Shown here: positions 18,729-27,370 of the stretch, piece after piece
Position numbering within the stretch: position 1 is the first letter of the stretch
Layout: each line of letters begins with the position of its first letter
Assembly: GCA_050012475.1 (NCBI GenBank)
Contig: JBEKHC010000054.1
Location: 1-33,352, forward strand
DNA: 33,352 bases
DNA from: Candidatus Velthaea sp.
Lineage (GTDB): Bacteria; Vulcanimicrobiota; Vulcanimicrobiia; Vulcanimicrobiales; Vulcanimicrobiaceae
Direction of reading: 5' to 3'
Notes under the pieces: generated by a model
Seen by the model: only the letters and a program-made list of their open reading frames with translations
What the model was told of the DNA's origin: nothing
Databases searched by the model: none
Made by a program: the position numbers and the translations under genes

Positions 18729-20618
18729 ATGCCAAACACCGCTCGCGCCGCATATATCCCGTTTCCGTTCGTCGCCATCGTCGCACAGGAAGAGCCAAAG
18801 CTTGCGCTGACGCTCGCGGCGATCAACCCGCGCGTCGGCGGCGTCCTCCTGACGGGCCCCAAAGGGACTGGCAAAACCACGCTGGTGCGTGCCGCCGGAG
18901 AATTACTGCCGGTCCTCGAGCGCTCGACGTGCGCCTACGGCTGCGACCCGCACGGCTCGAACCTGTGCGCGGCATGCGCCGACCGCCGCGACCGCGCGGA
19001 AAAAGTGCCGTCGCGCAAATCGCGGGGCGAGATCGTCGAGCTGCCGGCCAATGCGCAGCTCGACGACGTCGTGGGCGCGGTCGACCTGCGCGCCGCGCTC
19101 GAGCGCAGCAGCGTCGCTTTCCGGCCGGGGCTGCTCGCGGCTGCGAACCGCAACATCCTCTATGTGGACGAGATCAATCTCCTCGCCGACGTCGTCGTCG
19201 ACGCGCTGCTCGACGCCGCAGCGCTTGGCGTCGTGCACGTCAAACGCGGTCAGCACGCGATCGACTACCCTTCGCGCTTCACGCTGATCGGCACGATGAA
19301 TCCCGAGGAAGGCGAGCTGCGCCCGCAGATCACCGACCGGATCGGATTGCGCGTGTTCATCGCCGCCGAGAACGATCGCGCGCAGCGATTGGAAATCTAC
19401 CGGCGCAACGCACGGTTCGCGCGCGATCCGCACGGCTTTGCCGCGCACTACAGCAAGGCAACAGCCAACTATCGCGCGCGTTTGGCGCGGGCGATCAAAC
19501 TCTTACCGGACGTCGGCGTGAGCGAAAATGCCGAACGCGTCGCGATCGAGGGCGTGACCCGGTTGGGGATCGACAGCCACCGCACCGAGATCGTTACCCT
19601 CGAAGCCGCGGCGGCGCTTGCGGCCTGGGAAGGCCGGCGCGAAGCAACCGACGAGGATGTCGCGCGGGTCTTTCCGCTCGCCGCGCGGCTGCGCCGTTCG
19701 CGGCTCAAAGTCGAGGCGCTGTCCGAACATCTCGCCGAAGATGCCGCCATTCAAAACGCCCTCGACCAAACGTTCGCGTCGGACGACGAGTCGGCGGCCG
19801 AAGACGATCCGCCGCCGCCGTCAGGCTCGGCGACGATCGTCTCGCCCGAACTCACGCAGCGCCCGGTGCGTAAAAAGCAGCCGCAGACGGCCGCGGAAGG
19901 CCAGCCGATCGCGACCCGGCCGCTGCAGAACGGGCGGCTCGACATCGGCGCGACGATCTTGGATCGCACGGTCGCAACCAAAGCCGGCCTCGCACCCGAA
20001 CCGCAAGAACGCGTCGAAGTCGCGACGCCGCCGCGCCTCAACATTCTCGTCGTCGACGCCTCGCTGTCGACCAAAGATGCCGCCGAATACGTCCGCGCCG
20101 CGTCGCGCGAGCTGTTGCGGCCGATCTACACCGAGCGCGAACGCGCCGCGCTGGTATCGTGCTGGGGCGCCCGCGCGGAGGTCGTCGTCGATGAAAATAC
20201 CGGCCGCAACGTCGATCTGGTCGCATCGCGGTTGCTCGAGCTCGAGCCCGGAAATGTAAAGACATTGACACCGCTGGCCGGCGCGCTCGAACACGTGCGG
20301 CGCATCGCCGACCGCTTCCGGCGCGCGAATTCGGGTGCGCTGGTCGAAGTCGCGATCTTCTCCGACGGTCGCGCGAACGTACCGCTCGGCGATGAAAGCG
20401 CGGTCGCCGCGGCCCTCGCAGCGGGCGATAGCAAGGCGCTCATGGAGGTTGCCGCCGAGCAGTGCCGGGCGTTAGCGGCAACGATCGCGGGTCGCGCGAC
20501 GATGACCTTCATCAATCTCGATGCGTACGAGGCCTATCCGCTGATGCGCGAACTCGCCGCGATCGCCAAGGGCCGTTACTTCGCGCTAACGGATGTTGTT
20601 GCGAAAATCCTTCCTTGA
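18729..20618 (+). CDS. bchD: Class I (Mg/Co) chelatase ATPase subunit, BchI-like AAA+ domain plus vWA domain (BchD architecture)
   Basis: FPFVAIVAQE, Walker A GPKGTGKT, PGLLAAANRNILYVDEINLL, GTMNPEEGELRPQITDR; acidic/Pro linker DDESAAEDDPPPPS; vWA VVDASLS...TPLA...SDGRANVPL. Confidence 0.75.
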   Translation: MPNTARAAYIPFPFVAIVAQEEPKLALTLAAINPRVGGVLLTGPKGTGKTTLVRAAGELLPVLERSTCAYGCDPHGSNLCAACADRRDRAEKVPSRKSRGEIVELPANAQLDDVVGAVDLRAALERSSVAFRPGLLAAANRNILYVDEINLLADVVVDALLDAAALGVVHVKRGQHAIDYPSRFTLIGTMNPEEGELRPQITDRIGLRVFIAAENDRAQRLEIYRRNARFARDPHGFAAHYSKATANYRARLARAIKLLPDVGVSENAERVAIEGVTRLGIDSHRTEIVTLEAAAALAAWEGRREATDEDVARVFPLAARLRRSRLKVEALSEHLAEDAAIQNALDQTFASDDESAAEDDPPPPSGSATIVSPELTQRPVRKKQPQTAAEGQPIATRPLQNGRLDIGATILDRTVATKAGLAPEPQERVEVATPPRLNILVVDASLSTKDAAEYVRAASRELLRPIYTERERAALVSCWGARAEVVVDENTGRNVDLVASRLLELEPGNVKTLTPLAGALEHVRRIADRFRRANSGALVEVAIFSDGRANVPLGDESAVAAALAAGDSKALMEVAAEQCRALAATIAGRATMTFINLDAYEAYPLMRELAAIAKGRYFALTDVVAKILP

Positions 20619-20640
20619 TGTTATAACATTAGCAACATCA
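20599..20640 (+). promoter_or_regulatory. Candidate promoter with nested palindromes upstream of the histone-like gene
   Basis: TTGCGA-N17-TATAAC; perfect palindrome ATGTTATAACAT (20618-20629); TGATGTT/AACATCA inverted pair (20616-20640); AT-rich patch in GC-rich DNA. Confidence 0.45.
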
Positions 20641-20704
20641 GCCGGCAGTGGATGCCGGTCGCGTTCACCGCTCGCGCGGTGAGAGAAAGGATCATTGCTA
20701 CCGT

Positions 20705-21061
20705 ATGGCAGTGAAACGTACCGCAAAGAAGGCCGGCGCCAAGAAGACGGCCCGCAAGAAGACATCGACGCGCAAATCGACGAGCGCGAAGAAGACCGTC
20801 CGCAAAGCCGCTCCGCGGAAAAAGACCGCCGCCAAGAAGACGGCCGCGAAAAAGACCGGCGCCCGCAAGAAGACTTCCGTCCGCAAGTCGTCGAGCGCCA
20901 AAAAGACCGTTCGGAAGAAAGCCGCCGGATCGCGCAAAAAGACCGCGGCACGTAAGCCGGCCGCGCGCAAAACCACGCGCAAGAAGGCCGGCGTCAAGAA
21001 GTCGGTTCGCAAAACGGCCGGTCGCAAAGCTAGTCCGCGCAAGGCCAAAGCCGCGGTTTAA
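20705..21061 (+). CDS. Histone H1-like Lys/Ala/Arg-rich protein (118 aa)
   Basis: MAVKRTAKKAGAKKTARKK...; repeated (A/R)KKT units; no acidic or aromatic residues; upstream GAAAGGA; followed by a terminator. Confidence 0.85.
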   Translation: MAVKRTAKKAGAKKTARKKTSTRKSTSAKKTVRKAAPRKKTAAKKTAAKKTGARKKTSVRKSSSAKKTVRKKAAGSRKKTAARKPAARKTTRKKAGVKKSVRKTAGRKASPRKAKAAV

Positions 21062-21081
21062 TACCGGCGCGGTGAAACCGG

Positions 21082-21116
21082 GCGAGTCGCGGTAACGCAC
21101 GACTCGCTTTTTTTTT
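21082..21116 (+). terminator. Intrinsic terminator
   Basis: GCGAGTCG-N10-CGACTCGC followed by T9. Confidence 0.9.
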
Positions 21117-21321
21117 CAAGTGAGAGCGGCGTTCTCGAGCGGTGCGATGTCGTGGACACGTCGTTACCGCACGGTCCTCTTGGATCGCCGGAGCAACGAC
21201 GCGGCTTGCACGCGCAGCCGGGTGCGGGTGCGCCGAAGGACGGCGGGTCCGGGTCGGCTTGGCCGCAGCCCCCACAGCGGCGGGGGGCCGGCGACGATGG
21301 CTGCGCCGTGGGCCCGGTAGG

Positions 21322-21364
21322 GGTGACCCCTATCACCGAGGCGGGCGGCTCGGCAGCGTAGCGT
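21322..21364 (+). promoter_or_regulatory. CRP/FNR-like palindrome plus -10 element (bchH promoter)
   Basis: GGTGA-CCCCTA-TCACC (21322-21337), 21 bp, TAGCGT (21359-21364); centre is -41.5 and hexamer is -12..-7 from ATG 21371; same module upstream of bchL. Confidence 0.75.
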
Positions 21365-21370
21365 CAGACT

Positions 21371-24300
21371 ATGAAGGTCGTCGGCTATTCGTCTTGGGCC
21401 CCGGATGAGCGCGCGAACGCGATGCGCCTTGCCTTTCGCGGACTGCGCGAGAAGACCGGGCAGCCCTGGGAGCTGGAGCACTTCGGCGCGTCCGATTTCA
21501 ACGATCCCGCCGCCTTGGGCCGGCTGCGGACGGCGATCAAGGGCGCCGACGTCGTGATCGGCTGGCAGTCGATGACCAACGACACGGTCGAGCGGATGGC
21601 CTTGCTCATGACCGACATGGATCGCGCCGGAGAGCTCGACCACGTTAAATTCTTATGGTACGACATCCCCGATCCGCGCTTGCAGCAATTGATGTTCAAG
21701 ACGCTCGGCTTCCGTTTCGACATGAACAAGTCGAACCCGATGCGCGAGCTGTCGATGGCGATCAAACGCTATCAAGCCAAATCCAAACACGAAGCAATCG
21801 ACGAGTTATGGGAAGCCCGCGAAGGCTTCCTGGGCATGCAGAAAATGGTCGGGGCGGCGCCGCTCATGGCCAAGATCATGAAGAAGCCGGTCTTCAAATC
21901 GCTGGTCATGATCGGGTACTGGAACAACCGCAGCGTCAAGAACATCGAGAACATGTTCTTGTATCTCATGAAGCACTTCATGAACAACGCCTATAAGAAG
22001 GACGTCGAGCCGCCGGAAAAAGTCGAGAACGAAGGCATCTACCATCCTGCCCACAAGGGCTTGTTCGCAACGCCCGAGGCCTACTTGGCCTGGTATGAGC
22101 CGTGGTACCAAAAGACCTACGGCCGCAAAGCGTGGGAGCGCGTGGGCTTCATCACCCACGACCTCTTTCTGGTCGAATGGAATCATCCGACGCTCAACGC
22201 GGCCATCGCGGCCTGGGAGCAGCGCGGCGTCGGCGTGATCTGCTCGATGACGGCGGTCTTCAACGCCCACATCGTTTCGCGCCGGCACCTGCTGACGACC
22301 AAGACCAAAACACCGCTCGTCGGCGCCGTCTATCACAACGTTCCGCTGTATTTGGCCGGCTCGATGTTCGCGGGTTCGCCCGACGCGACGATCGACCTCA
22401 TCCACGACCTGGGTGATCCCCGGGTGTATACCTCGCCGGTCAACGCCGCGATGTCCAAGGCCGATCTGGCCGCCTCGAAATTCGGCGTCGCCTCGCTGGA
22501 ATATATCGGCAACGTCGTTACGCCCGAGACCGAGGGCATTCAGCCGTTTCCACCGATCTGCTCGCGCGAGCAGACAAGCGTCGACGTCAGCGCGCTCGAG
22601 CCGATCCCCGACCGGGTCGAGCTGATCGCGGAAACGTCGACCCGGTGGCTCAAGCTTCGCACGCTCGAGAACGCGTCGAAAAAGATTGCGATGTTCGTCT
22701 ACAACTTCCCGCCGGGCCCGGGAAACGTTGGCGTCGCGCTGTTTCTCGATGTCGCCGCGTCGGTGCGCTCGGTGCTCGAAGCGCTGCGCGACGACGGCTA
22801 CGCCGTCGGGGAGATCGACGACAGCGACGCCGCGATGTCGCAAAAACTGCAAAGCATGTACGCCGGATACGAGACGGTCGGCGCGGTCTCGAGCGCCGAA
22901 ATCCGCGATTGGGTTCACGATCTGCCCGTTGCGCATGAATCCCTGTTCTACGAGGTCTGGGGTCAGCCGCCCGCGACGATCCCGATCAAAGGCTTGCGCT
23001 ACGGCAACGTCCTGGTGCTGCTGCAAGACATGCGCGGGATGGAAGACCTGACCGCCGTTCACGACAAGAATGCGCCGCCGTCGCCGTGGCTGTTGGCTTC
23101 GTACCGTTACGCCACCCGGCGCTTCAATGCCGATGCGATGATCCATGTCGGCACGCACGGGCTCGTCGAGTGGTCCAAGGGCAAAGAGTGGTGTCCGGCC
23201 GCCGGCGACTATCCCGAGTTCCTGATCGACCGCACGCCGCACGCGTATATTTTCAACATCGTCGATCCGGTTGAAGCCTCGATCGCCCGGCGGCGTTCGT
23301 ACGCTACGATCCTCTCCCACTTGTGTCCGCCGCTGGTCGCAGTCGAAGGCAGCGAGGACCTGCGCAATCTGCACCGGCTGGTGCACGATTACTACAATAC
23401 CAATTCGGGCGAGCTCGAAAAGCGCGGCGACATCGCCGCCGAGATTCACGAGGTCATCGACCGCTCGGGCCTGCGCATCGAATCGCCGGGTGAAACGTAC
23501 GCCGACGAGCGCGCTTTCGTTTCCCGCGTCCACGACGAACTCGTTTCACTCGAAGGCGAATTCTCGCCCGCCGGGCAGCACGTGTTCGGCCGCGATTTGA
23601 GCGCGGACGACCGCCGTTCGACCTTCGAGGCCTGCCTGGAATTCTGCGACGTCGATTTGTACCGCTTGATCGCACACTGTTACGGAATCGATTACGACCG
23701 GATCAAACGCAATCCCGAAGGCCGGGATGCGGACGGCACCTATTATCACGATCTGCTCGACGGCCTGCGCGACGCGGGGCGCGAGATCATTGCGGCCGAA
23801 GTGCTGCGCGGCGGATCGCTCGGCCGGTCCGCGATGCTGGGCATTTTGCAGACGCGCCCGATCGGCTCCTACAAACTTGTGAAGAGCCCGTATGACGCCC
23901 AGGAACTCGCGGCGTTCGTCGAACGGGCGCGCGAGCTCTACGCGCAATTAGGCAGCGTCGGCACCCACGAACGCCAAGGGTTGCTGCGCGCGCTCTCGGG
24001 CCGCTACCTCGAGCCGTCGCTGGGCGGAGAGGTCGTCGGCGATTGGAACGTCCTCCCGACCGGCCGCAACATGGCCTCCACCGACGTGCGGATGCTGCCG
24101 CGCGAAGCCGCGCAACGGTATGGCAAGCGGACCGTCGAGCAAATTCTCGAAGCCGCCGTCGCCGAACGCGGCCACTATCCAGCCGCCGTCGGTATCGTGC
24201 TGTGGGGCTCCGAGGTGCTCGAAAGCGACGGCGTCGGCATCGCTCAAGCGCTCGACCTCATGGGCGCGCGCGTCCGCAAGGACCGCTTCAATCGCGCCGA

Positions 24301-25270
24301 AACGGTCGAACTCATCTCGCTCGATGAGCTCGGCCGCCCGCGCATCGACATCCTCGGCAACACCTCGGTCGTTTTCAAGAACACGTTTCCGGGCGCGATC
24401 CGGCTCATCCACGAGGCCGCCGAACTTGCGGCCGCCGCCGACGAACCGTACGAGTGGAACTACGTGCGCCGGCACACCGACGAGCTCATCGCGAACGGGA
24501 TCGCGCCGCATTTAGCGCGCGCCCGCTGCTTCGGGATGGGCGAAGATGCGTTCATGGGCCAAGTCGGCGCAATGCTCGACACCGGCAAGTTCGGCGACTT
24601 CACCGACATCGGCAATGCGTGGATGAGCGACAACAGCAACGCCTACCTTCCGCAATACCAGTCGATCATCGTCGAACCGGCCGCCGACGTCCAGCGGTAC
24701 CTGGTCGGCAAGGTCGAGGTGATCCAGCAGCCGCTCGTGCAGATGGCGGCCGGCGGACCGGTCAAAGAAGACATGTTCGCCTCGTTTACGTCGGCGTTCG
24801 GCGCGGCGAAGCGCACGATGGGTCACGAGGACACGATGATTCTGGTGAGTGATTTGACGCGCCGCGAGCCCAAGGTCCGCAACTTCCGCAACGTGGTGGT
24901 CAACGGAGTGCTCACGCGTTTCCATTCGCAAGCTTGGCGCGACCGGATGATGCAGCACGGCTATTCGGGCGTGATGGAGTTCGGCGACATCTTCAAAGCG
25001 ATGCGCTCGACCGAAGCGGCGCTTGGCGCGACGATCACGCCGGAGCTCTGGAAGCGAACCGTCGAGGTCACGCTGACCGAGTGGGATCGCATTTCCGATG
25101 CCAATCCGCACAAGACGCGCGACCTGGGCGAGATCTTGCTCGACACTCAGCGGCGCGGGATGTGGGAAGACCGCGACCTCGAGCAACAGCTCAAAGACAA
25201 GCTCAACGAACTCGATGCCGATGTCGAATTGGCGACGTATCGTCGTCAATTGACGAAAAACGACGCCTGA
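21371..25270 (+). CDS. bchH: Divergent magnesium chelatase subunit H (BchH/CobN family)
   Basis: 1299 aa; GIYHP, RWLKLR..KKIA.FVYNFPPGPGNVG..LDV (BchH-type), HVGTHGLVE, EASIARRRSYA, VLPTGRN, VLWG, LGRPRID, HGYSGV. Confidence 0.75.
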   Translation: MKVVGYSSWAPDERANAMRLAFRGLREKTGQPWELEHFGASDFNDPAALGRLRTAIKGADVVIGWQSMTNDTVERMALLMTDMDRAGELDHVKFLWYDIPDPRLQQLMFKTLGFRFDMNKSNPMRELSMAIKRYQAKSKHEAIDELWEAREGFLGMQKMVGAAPLMAKIMKKPVFKSLVMIGYWNNRSVKNIENMFLYLMKHFMNNAYKKDVEPPEKVENEGIYHPAHKGLFATPEAYLAWYEPWYQKTYGRKAWERVGFITHDLFLVEWNHPTLNAAIAAWEQRGVGVICSMTAVFNAHIVSRRHLLTTKTKTPLVGAVYHNVPLYLAGSMFAGSPDATIDLIHDLGDPRVYTSPVNAAMSKADLAASKFGVASLEYIGNVVTPETEGIQPFPPICSREQTSVDVSALEPIPDRVELIAETSTRWLKLRTLENASKKIAMFVYNFPPGPGNVGVALFLDVAASVRSVLEALRDDGYAVGEIDDSDAAMSQKLQSMYAGYETVGAVSSAEIRDWVHDLPVAHESLFYEVWGQPPATIPIKGLRYGNVLVLLQDMRGMEDLTAVHDKNAPPSPWLLASYRYATRRFNADAMIHVGTHGLVEWSKGKEWCPAAGDYPEFLIDRTPHAYIFNIVDPVEASIARRRSYATILSHLCPPLVAVEGSEDLRNLHRLVHDYYNTNSGELEKRGDIAAEIHEVIDRSGLRIESPGETYADERAFVSRVHDELVSLEGEFSPAGQHVFGRDLSADDRRSTFEACLEFCDVDLYRLIAHCYGIDYDRIKRNPEGRDADGTYYHDLLDGLRDAGREIIAAEVLRGGSLGRSAMLGILQTRPIGSYKLVKSPYDAQELAAFVERARELYAQLGSVGTHERQGLLRALSGRYLEPSLGGEVVGDWNVLPTGRNMASTDVRMLPREAAQRYGKRTVEQILEAAVAERGHYPAAVGIVLWGSEVLESDGVGIAQALDLMGARVRKDRFNRAETVELISLDELGRPRIDILGNTSVVFKNTFPGAIRLIHEAAELAAAADEPYEWNYVRRHTDELIANGIAPHLARARCFGMGEDAFMGQVGAMLDTGKFGDFTDIGNAWMSDNSNAYLPQYQSIIVEPAADVQRYLVGKVEVIQQPLVQMAAGGPVKEDMFASFTSAFGAAKRTMGHEDTMILVSDLTRREPKVRNFRNVVVNGVLTRFHSQAWRDRMMQHGYSGVMEFGDIFKAMRSTEAALGATITPELWKRTVEVTLTEWDRISDANPHKTRDLGEILLDTQRRGMWEDRDLEQQLKDKLNELDADVELATYRRQLTKNDA

Positions 25271-25356
25271 CCCGAACCGTCTGCTATCCCGGGCGTACGC
25301 GTACCCGGAAAGGGCCGAACGTGGCGGGCACTGTCGCCGCGAACTTCGGGCGCGGG

Positions 25357-26619
25357 TTAAATCGCGCGCAGCCGCGGGTGCGCGGCATAGGTCCAAAGCG
25401 TGCAGAGCGCTGCGACGGCTCCGCCGGCGATGAGCGCTTCGCGCAAACTCAGCACCGACGCCAGCGAACCGAGCAGCAGCGTGCCGCCGGGCACGAAGCC
25501 GAGCACGATCATCGAGTAGATCGAGATGACGCGGCCGCGCATGTCGTCGGGTGCCAGCGTCTGCAGCATGATGTTCGATGAGCCCAAAAACGTCAACGTT
25601 CCCACGCCCATCGCGCCGAGCACGGCGAGCGCGATCGGCATCGACGCCGTGCTGCCCAAACCTATCGCGCCCAACGCCATGACGAGCGCCGACAGCGCCC
25701 AGAGCGCAGAGCGGCGCTCCGGGACAAACGCCGCGGTCGTGAGCGCGCCGCCCATCGCTCCGATGCCTGTGGCCGCCATGAGCACGCCCAGCCCGCGCGC
25801 ATCGGTGTCGAGCACGTGGGCGGCATACGCCGGCAGCAAAAAATTGTAGGGCCGAACGAGCAGCGAGTTGACGATCAGCAACACGATGACCCAGCGCAGC
25901 ACGGGATGCCGGGCGATGAACGTGATGCCGTCGCGAATCGACGCCCACACGTTTTCACGCCGCACGGAACTTGCCGGCACTGGCTGCATGAACGCAAGCA
26001 CGACGACCACCGCGAGCGTGAGCACGGCGTTGGCGAACATGCACGGCGCGACGCCGAGGCCGGCGATGATCAGGCCCGCGATCGGCGGACCGACGACGGC
26101 GGGCGCGTTGAACGCCAAGCTATTGAGTCCGATCGCGTTACTCACGAACTCACGCGGGACCAGAATGGGCACCCAACTCTGGCGCGCCGGAGCGTCGAAA
26201 GACTGCGTCGCCGCCAGCAATGCGCTCAAGAGCATCAACAGTCCGATCGTCGCGCTTCCGCCGGCGATGACGACGGCCAGCACGAGCGACAGCGCGGCCT
26301 GTGACGCGTTGGTCACGACCAGCACGCGCCGGCGCGGAAAACGATCGGCCACCACACCGGCAAACGGCGAAAAAACCAAGACCGGAAGTGCCCGCGACGC
26401 GCCGATGAGTCCGACATAGAAGGCGGCGAGATGAGCGTTCGGTGCCAGATGGACGACTTCATATCCGAGCGCCGTGAACTGCATCCAGGTGCCCAGGTTG
26501 CTGATCAACAGACCGCCCCACAACAGCCGGAAATCAAAGAAGCGCAGCGCACCCAAGAAGCCCGGACGGCGGCCGGAAAAGCGCGGTTCGGTGGCGCCGC
26601 TTTCCGGCGGCGCTCTCAT
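25357..26619 (-). CDS. MFS transporter (DHA3/EntS-like)
   Basis: FRLLWGGLLISNLGTWMQ, motif A GVVADRFPRRR, FDAPARQS, PDDMRGRV; ATGA overlap at 26616-26619. Confidence 0.9.
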   Translation of the reverse strand: MRAPPESGATEPRFSGRRPGFLGALRFFDFRLLWGGLLISNLGTWMQFTALGYEVVHLAPNAHLAAFYVGLIGASRALPVLVFSPFAGVVADRFPRRRVLVVTNASQAALSLVLAVVIAGGSATIGLLMLLSALLAATQSFDAPARQSWVPILVPREFVSNAIGLNSLAFNAPAVVGPPIAGLIIAGLGVAPCMFANAVLTLAVVVVLAFMQPVPASSVRRENVWASIRDGITFIARHPVLRWVIVLLIVNSLLVRPYNFLLPAYAAHVLDTDARGLGVLMAATGIGAMGGALTTAAFVPERRSALWALSALVMALGAIGLGSTASMPIALAVLGAMGVGTLTFLGSSNIMLQTLAPDDMRGRVISIYSMIVLGFVPGGTLLLGSLASVLSLREALIAGGAVAALCTLWTYAAHPRLRAI

Positions 26620-27236
26620 CCCGGCTTGGCCGCGCTCACCGCGCAGGCGATCACCTCGGCCGCACCCTCGATGCCGTAGCGGGCCGTATCGACGGCCAGA
26701 TCGTAGTTGCGCACGTCGCCCCACGCCATCCGATATTGGTCGCGCGCATACGCGCGACGCGCTTCGTCGATGCGCGCGATCTCGCTGCGCGCAGCGCTTT
26801 CGGAGCAGCCAAACGACGCGCTGACATACGCGATGCGCCAAACCAGCGGCGCATACACGAAAACCCGCACGAGGTCGGGGCGCGCACCCAAAATAGCGTT
26901 CCCCAAGCGACCCAGGATGACGGCGTCACCTCCCGCCGCAGCGTCGCGGATCACCCGCTCGGCTTCGCGGCGGTACGCGCCCACGAGATTCTCCTCCGGA
27001 AGAGCGGCCGGTTGCGCGATCTCGGGGACGGCGCCGGTAAGGCCGGCCAGTAGGCGCTCGCCAAAGCCCGGCACCCGGTTTTCGATGCTCTCGACAACGT
27101 CGGCCGGCATGCCCAGCCGGGCCGCAATCAGCCGCGGCAGTTCCTCATCGACGAGTCGATACTGCAAGATCGCCGCGAGCGTACGGGCTACCGCTTGCGC
27201 GGCCGCGCCGTACTCTCGCGAAACCGTGACGATCAG
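26616..27236 (-). CDS. Cytidylate kinase-like family protein
   Basis: IVTVSREYGAA, VILGR, RVFVYAP, DEARRAY, YDLAVDT; most plausible start is CTG at 27236 (uncertain). Confidence 0.75.
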   Translation of the reverse strand: MIVTVSREYGAAAQAVARTLAAILQYRLVDEELPRLIAARLGMPADVVESIENRVPGFGERLLAGLTGAVPEIAQPAALPEENLVGAYRREAERVIRDAAAGGDAVILGRLGNAILGARPDLVRVFVYAPLVWRIAYVSASFGCSESAARSEIARIDEARRAYARDQYRMAWGDVRNYDLAVDTARYGIEGAAEVIACAVSAAKPG

Positions 27237-27370
27237 AACCCGAAGATTCCAACCTTTCCAACCCGGTCGATCCGATCGAGCAGGGGCGGCAGGACGAAGA
27301 ACGCGCCGACCGAGCCGATTGCCATTGCGATCAGGATGACGAGAACGGGGATGTAGACGGGTGAATCCAA
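27233..27370 (-). CDS. Small single-pass membrane protein (45 aa)
   Basis: MDSPVYIPVLVILIAMAIGSVGAFFVLPPLLDRIDRVGKVGIFGF; TTG start 6 nt after AAAGAGG; stop overlaps the next gene's start. Confidence 0.6.
   Translation of the reverse strand: MDSPVYIPVLVILIAMAIGSVGAFFVLPPLLDRIDRVGKVGIFGF

Noticed and set aside
19868..19880. Programmed frameshift at CGT-AAA-AAG in the bchD linker producing a BchI-sized product
   Set aside because: T_AAA_AAG is not a canonical slippery heptamer, the gene is intact in one frame, and I see no clear stimulator or nearby stop after the shift.
21331..21338. TATCACCG matches the lambda CI/Cro operator half-site
   Set aside because: No phage genes, and the dyad orientation and spacing fit a 5-6-5 CRP/FNR-type site instead.
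21117..21370. Cobalamin riboswitch upstream of a CobN-family gene
   Set aside because: No recognisable B12-box or GGGAA/GCCACTG elements; promoter geometry indicates a leaderless mRNA; the protein is more BchH-like.
25271..25356. Short inverted repeats between bchH and the MFS gene as a MITE or terminator
   Set aside because: Stems are short or imperfect, with no U-tract, target-site duplication or second copy.
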